64,000 nucleotides of DNA from an uncultured bacterium (GTDB taxonomy: Bacteria > Acidobacteriota > Thermoanaerobaculia > Multivoradales > JAHZIX01). The DNA lies in assembly GCA_965368975.1 (NCBI GenBank), contig CBDUPA010000002.1, positions 224,001 to 288,000 on the forward strand, in the 5' to 3' direction. The notes under the pieces are model-generated. The model did no database searches, had not been told where the DNA came from, and was given only the letters and a program-made list of their open reading frames with translations. This document shows positions 59,295-64,000 of this stretch, piece by piece. The stretch's first letter is position 1. Every line of letters starts with the position of its first letter. The translations under genes were made by a program, and so were the position numbers.

Positions 59295-61523
59295 GTGCCT
59301 GAATCCACAACTCGACCTACTGCCAACTCCGCGACAGCTGACTCCGCGACGCAGAGCGCGAACTCGACCTCCACCTCGGAGGGCTTCGATGCCGCCCGGC
59401 TGGTACGGGAAGACGGCATCGCCTGGCTACACCTGGATGATCCGAACAAGAAGGTGAATACACTGTCCAGCCGCTTCATGGCCTGGTTCGAGCAGCGCCT
59501 GGACGAGCTGGAGCGAGAGCCGCCCAAGGGGCTGGTGATCCTGTCGGACAAGCCGAACAACTTCATCGCCGGCGCCGACATCGACGAGATCCAGTCGCTC
59601 AGCGAGCCGGCCGAGGTGCGCGAACTACTGCGCCACGGCCACGCCATGATGGAACGAGTGCGCAAGCTGAAGTTCCCGGTGATCGTCGCTATCCATGGTA
59701 GCTGCCTGGGGGGTGGCCTGGAGTTGTCCCTGGCCTGCCACGGACGCCTGGCCACCGAGGACCCCAAGACCAAGCTCGGCCTGCCGGAGGTACAGATCGG
59801 TATCTTTCCGGGTCTCGGCGGCACGGTGCGCCTGCCGCGCTTGATCGCGGTGCCGGACGCGCTCGACCTGATTCTGACCGGGCGCCAGGTCGACGCCAAG
59901 AAGGCCAAGCGGCTCGGACTGGTCGACGAGACCTGTCATCCAGCCGACCTGGAAAAAGTGGCGCGCATCCTGATCGAGAGGGGGCTGGGGAGCGACGGAC
60001 GGATCCAGGCGCGCAAGCCGGTCAAGGTGCCATTCGGTAAGAAGGTGGCAAACACGCTGGCACGCTTGCCGCTGCTCAAGGGCCTCGTCTTCGGCGCCGC
60101 GCGCAAATCTGTGTTGGCCAAGACGGCCGGCCACTACCCGGCGCCGCTGAAGGCGCTGGAGGTGGTGCGCCGGAGCCTGCCGATGTCGCTGCCCAAGGGG
60201 CTAGAGTTGGAAGCGCGCACCTTCGCCGACATCGTCGTGACACCGGAAGCCAAGCGACTGATGGGCATCTTCTTCATGAAGACGGACGTCGACGGCCGCG
60301 CCGCGGCGCTCGCCAAGCAGGCACGGCCGGTGCCACGCGTCGGCGTGCTGGGAGCCGGCTTCATGGGCTCGGGAATCGCCCAGGTGCTGGCGCACAAGAA
60401 CTACCAGGTGCTGCTCAAGGATCGCGACAATGCCGCCGTCGGCCGAGGCCTCAAGCACTGCCAGGATCTGTTCAGCGGTCTGGTCAGGCGGCGGCGCTAC
60501 TCGCCGATGGACCTCAAGCTCGCCATGAGCCGTATCGAAGGCACCGCCAGCTACGACGGCTTCGGGCAGGTCGACTTCGTCATCGAGGCGGTGTTCGAGG
60601 ACGTCGAGGTCAAGCACAAGGTGATCCAGGAGGTCGAAGCGCACGCGCCGGAGAACCTGATCTTCGCCTCCAACACTTCGACCTTGCCGATCACCGAGCT
60701 GGCCAAGGGCAGCCGACGACCAGAAAACGTCATCGGCATGCACTTCTTCAGCCCGGTGCACAAGATGCCTCTGCTCGAGATCATCCGGCACCCCGGCACC
60801 TCGGACGAGGCCGTCGCCACGACGGTGAAGGTGGGCCAGGACATGGGCAAGACCATCATCGTGGTCAATGACGGCCCCGGCTTCTTCACCAGCCGCGTAC
60901 TCGGGCCGTTCATCAACGAGGCGGCCTGGATCCTGACCGAGGGCGGCAGCATCCCCGAAATCGACAAGGCTCTGACCCGCTGGGGCTGGCCGGTGGGGCC
61001 GATCACGCTGCTCGACGAGGTCGGTATCGACATCGCGGCGCACGCGTCCAAGACCATGCTCGAGGCCTTCGGCGACCGCATGGCGGTACCCCCGGTCTTC
61101 ACGCGCCTGGTCGAGGACGGCCGCACCGGCCGCAAGGGCAAGCGCGGCTTCTACCGCTATGACGAGAAGGGCAAGAAGCAGGGCGTCGACGACAGCGTCT
61201 ATTCGCTGATCGGCTGGCAGAAAAAGGACATTGCGGCTGACGAGATCGTCGAGCGCTGCTGGATGCAGATGCTCAACGAGGTTGCCTACTGCATCGAGGA
61301 CGGCATCATCGAGAACCCGAAGGACATCGATATCGGTGTCATCTTCGGTTTCGGCTTCCCGCCGTTCCGCGGTGGCATCCTGCACGAGGCTGACCGCCTC
61401 GGCCTGGCGCACGTCGTCGACCGCCTGCAGACCTATGCCGACCGTCACGGCGAGCGGCTGGCTCCAGCGCAGCTACTGCGCGACATGGCCAAGAAGGGCG
61501 AGCGCTTCCACCAGGGAGGCTGA
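59295..61523 (+). CDS. fadJ: Fatty-acid oxidation complex alpha subunit (enoyl-CoA hydratase / 3-hydroxyacyl-CoA dehydrogenase)
   Basis: FIAGADI, GGGLEL, GLPEVQIG, GAGFMGSG, ASNTSTLPI, GMHFFSPV, GFPPFRGG. Confidence 0.92.
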   Translation: MPESTTRPTANSATADSATQSANSTSTSEGFDAARLVREDGIAWLHLDDPNKKVNTLSSRFMAWFEQRLDELEREPPKGLVILSDKPNNFIAGADIDEIQSLSEPAEVRELLRHGHAMMERVRKLKFPVIVAIHGSCLGGGLELSLACHGRLATEDPKTKLGLPEVQIGIFPGLGGTVRLPRLIAVPDALDLILTGRQVDAKKAKRLGLVDETCHPADLEKVARILIERGLGSDGRIQARKPVKVPFGKKVANTLARLPLLKGLVFGAARKSVLAKTAGHYPAPLKALEVVRRSLPMSLPKGLELEARTFADIVVTPEAKRLMGIFFMKTDVDGRAAALAKQARPVPRVGVLGAGFMGSGIAQVLAHKNYQVLLKDRDNAAVGRGLKHCQDLFSGLVRRRRYSPMDLKLAMSRIEGTASYDGFGQVDFVIEAVFEDVEVKHKVIQEVEAHAPENLIFASNTSTLPITELAKGSRRPENVIGMHFFSPVHKMPLLEIIRHPGTSDEAVATTVKVGQDMGKTIIVVNDGPGFFTSRVLGPFINEAAWILTEGGSIPEIDKALTRWGWPVGPITLLDEVGIDIAAHASKTMLEAFGDRMAVPPVFTRLVEDGRTGRKGKRGFYRYDEKGKKQGVDDSVYSLIGWQKKDIAADEIVERCWMQMLNEVAYCIEDGIIENPKDIDIGVIFGFGFPPFRGGILHEADRLGLAHVVDRLQTYADRHGERLAPAQLLRDMAKKGERFHQGG

Positions 61524-61574
61524 TCCGTACCGCAGAGCCGCGACGCTTGGGTGGGAAGGTGAAAACCGAAGGTC

Positions 61575-61599
61575 AGGGGGCCTGGTCCGCAGGCCCCCT
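61575..61599. terminator. Hairpin between convergent genes (probable terminator)
   Basis: AGGGGGCCTG-GTCCG-CAGGCCCCCT 10-bp stem. Confidence 0.6.
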
Positions 61600-61606
61600 A
61601 AAGCAC

Positions 61607-62527
61607 TCAGTCCAGATGGACAGTCATCCCCCGCTCGACCCGCGACACCTCGCCCGAGGTCACCCGACAGATCGACAACTTCTCCTTCACCTCTGCGACT
61701 TCCAACCGCGCCAGGACCTCGACCTCTTCGTCCAGCACCTCGCCAGTATCCGGATCACGGATCACCACGGACGTGCCGACTACGAAGGTCGTCCCCACCG
61801 CAACGCCCTCGCGACTCCCGCGGTTGACGTAGACCTTGTCACCGCGCACCAACGCCACCGAGCCGCCCCACGGGATGCTCGGCAACTGGCTGACCAGCCA
61901 GTCGACGCCATCGGCGACCGCGGCGGTCATCGCCTTGCCGACGCTGTCCTTCTTGAAAGCTTCGACGTCACCGCCGAAACCCGAATCGGAGTATCCCAGG
62001 CGAATGCCCTCGCGATCCGACTTGCCGGTGACCGTGGTCGAGGCGAGAACCTGGCCGGTGGTCGAGTCGACGATATAGATGGTCGCCGTGACCTCGGCAC
62101 TCTCCTTGCTGCCGCCAACCCGGAAACCGCGAATGCGCACGCCGCCGCTGCCACCGCTAGTGTCGTGCGCAACGTGGGTGATGGATCCCTTGACCAGTAG
62201 CTGTGCCGGCGTCATCTGGCCGACCTGCGGCGTCTTGGCCCCCTGGGCGGTGCGGCCGGAGGCGCCAAAGTCCTGTTCGGCCATCGCCTCGTTGCGCATG
62301 TCGGTTTCCCCGAGCACGATGAACCGACCACTCTGCTGCAGCAGGTCGGTCATCACGGTGCCCCAGGCATCCCCCATGCTCCAGCGGCCGCTCCAGTTGG
62401 CCTCGTTCTCGAACTTGCTGACAGTGATGGTGTAGCGCAGGCCGCCGTCGACGGCGGTCAACGCGGGAACGGTGACAGCTCCCAACATGAGCGCCACCAG
62501 TACGGGCGCGAGAATGCGTAGCTTCAT
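61607..62527 (-). CDS. CsgG/HfaB family protein with FlgT-like C-terminal domain
   Basis: Signal peptide, VSKFEN, LQQSGRFIVL, EQDFGASG, IVDSTTGQVL; C-terminal VYVNRGSREGV...RDPDTGEVL. Confidence 0.78.
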   Translation of the reverse strand: MKLRILAPVLVALMLGAVTVPALTAVDGGLRYTITVSKFENEANWSGRWSMGDAWGTVMTDLLQQSGRFIVLGETDMRNEAMAEQDFGASGRTAQGAKTPQVGQMTPAQLLVKGSITHVAHDTSGGSGGVRIRGFRVGGSKESAEVTATIYIVDSTTGQVLASTTVTGKSDREGIRLGYSDSGFGGDVEAFKKDSVGKAMTAAVADGVDWLVSQLPSIPWGGSVALVRGDKVYVNRGSREGVAVGTTFVVGTSVVIRDPDTGEVLDEEVEVLARLEVAEVKEKLSICRVTSGEVSRVERGMTVHLD

Positions 62528-62578
62528 GACATGAACTCCTACTTGCCCTTCAGGGAGGGCTTCATTCGGTTGGCTGAA

Positions 62579-64000
62579 TCAGCCTTGTTCTGCTTCCTGT
62601 GCGTCGACGACGCAGAGCGCCGCCATATTGACGATATCAGCCACCTCGACACCGCGCTGCAGTACGTGCACCGGCTTGCCCATGCCGAGCAGTACCGGCC
62701 CGATCGCCTCCGCATCCGCCAAGCGCCAGATCAGCTTGTAGGCCGTGTTGGCACTCTGCAACTCGGGGAAGATCAGCACGTTGGCCGGCTTCTTGAGGTC
62801 GCTCCAAGGGTACGTCTCATGCAGGATCGATTCGACCACCGCAGTGTCCGCCTGCATCTCGCCATCGACCTCCAGGTCTGGAAAACGCTGCTTGATCTGC
62901 ACCACCGCATCGCGCACCTTGCGCGCCGACGGATGATCGTTGGAACCGAAGTTCGAGAAGGACAGCATGGCGATACGCGGCGTGACGTCGAAGCGACGCG
63001 CGAAGCGTGCCGTCAAAGCCGCGATCTCGACCAGGTCTTCGGCACTGGGATCGATGTTGACGGTGGTATCGGCCAGGAAGAACAGGCGGTCCTTCAAGAT
63101 CAGGATGTAGCAGCCCGCGACGCGCTGGACGTTCTCCTCGACACCTGCGATCTGCAGCGCAGGCCGAATGGTGTCCGGGTACTCCTGAGTCAGGCCGGAA
63201 ATCAGGCCATCGGCATCGCCTTCGACGATCATCATCGGGCCGAAGTAGTTGCGTGAGCGCAGCCAGCGACGTGCATCCTCCAGCGTCACGCCGTGGCGAC
63301 GCCGCCGTTGATGAAAGCTCTGCGCGTAGGCTTCGAATTTTGGTGATTCGATGTTGTGCACCAGCGTCAACTTGTCCAGCGGCACATCCAATTCGCGCAG
63401 CCGCGGCTCGACCACTTCCCGGCGAGCCAGCAGCACCGGGTGGCAGATACCCTCGTCGATCAGACGCTTGGCGGCGCGCAAGATCTTGTCGTGCTCACCT
63501 TCGGGAAAGACCACCCGCTTGGGATCCTGGCGAGCCCGGTGGATCAGCTTGCGCATCAACTCGAGGCGGCGCGAGATCAGCGTCTCGAGATAGTGGCGGT
63601 AGGCGTCGAGGTCGTCGATCTGGCGCCGGGCAACACCGCTGGCCATCGCCGCCTGCGCCACCGCGGGCACCACGCGCAGCAGTACGCGGTAGTCGAAAGG
63701 CTTGGGGATCAAGTACTCCGGCCCGTACTTCAGGTGATCGAGGCCGTACGCCTTGAGCACCGAGTCCGGTACATCTTCGCGCGCCAGCTCGGCCAGCGCG
63801 TCGACCGCGGCCAGCTTCATGGCATTGTTGATGCGCGACGCCCGCGTGTCGAGGGCACCGCGGAACAGGAAGGGGAAACCGAGCACGTTGTTGACCTGGT
63901 TCGGGAAGTCGCTACGGCCCGTCGCCATGATCACGTCGTCACGCGTCTCGACAGCCGTCGGGTAGGAGATCTCCGGATCGGGATTCGCCATGGCGAAAAC
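62579..64000 (-). CDS. maeB: NADP-dependent malic enzyme with PTA-like domain, 5' end outside window
   Basis: [56 protein letters not shown]. Confidence 0.95.
   Translation of the reverse strand, partial: VFAMANPDPEISYPTAVETRDDVIMATGRSDFPNQVNNVLGFPFLFRGALDTRASRINNAMKLAAVDALAELAREDVPDSVLKAYGLDHLKYGPEYLIPKPFDYRVLLRVVPAVAQAAMASGVARRQIDDLDAYRHYLETLISRRLELMRKLIHRARQDPKRVVFPEGEHDKILRAAKRLIDEGICHPVLLARREVVEPRLRELDVPLDKLTLVHNIESPKFEAYAQSFHQRRRRHGVTLEDARRWLRSRNYFGPMMIVEGDADGLISGLTQEYPDTIRPALQIAGVEENVQRVAGCYILILKDRLFFLADTTVNIDPSAEDLVEIAALTARFARRFDVTPRIAMLSFSNFGSNDHPSARKVRDAVVQIKQRFPDLEVDGEMQADTAVVESILHETYPWSDLKKPANVLIFPELQSANTAYKLIWRLADAEAIGPVLLGMGKPVHVLQRGVEVADIVNMAALCVVDAQEAEQG

Overview
High-GC bacterial chromosomal window, most likely Acidobacteriota (class Thermoanaerobaculia), inferred from gene families rather than a marker gene. 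It carries about 60 CDS and one tRNA-Ala(GGC). Core genes are pyc, prfA, a three-gene pntAB, kdsB-pyrG-kdsA-kdsD-kdsC, gap, rpiB-glyA, fadI/fadJ and a partial maeB. There is a Fur-controlled iron-uptake cluster (TonB receptor plus FbpABC-type ABC system) with two visible 7-1-7 boxes. Accessory DNA includes eroded genes behind the tRNA, a vapBC pair and small secreted proteins. Highlights: (1) a secreted-peptide / ECF sigma / TPR-protein cassette (28.7-31.0 kb) that looks like an RRNPP-like peptide signalling system wired to a sigma factor; (2) a GAPDH paralog lacking the catalytic Cys and phosphate-binding residues, translationally coupled to an intact gap; (3) a UGA-split peroxiredoxin-like selenoprotein (WUPHC) with a clear SECIS-like hairpin; (4) an uncharacterised operon of two coiled-coil lipoproteins and a helical partner; (5) a YyaL/thioredoxin-aldo/keto reductase fusion. 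No CRISPR array, integrase or transposase was seen. All calls come from reading the sequence; no searches were run.
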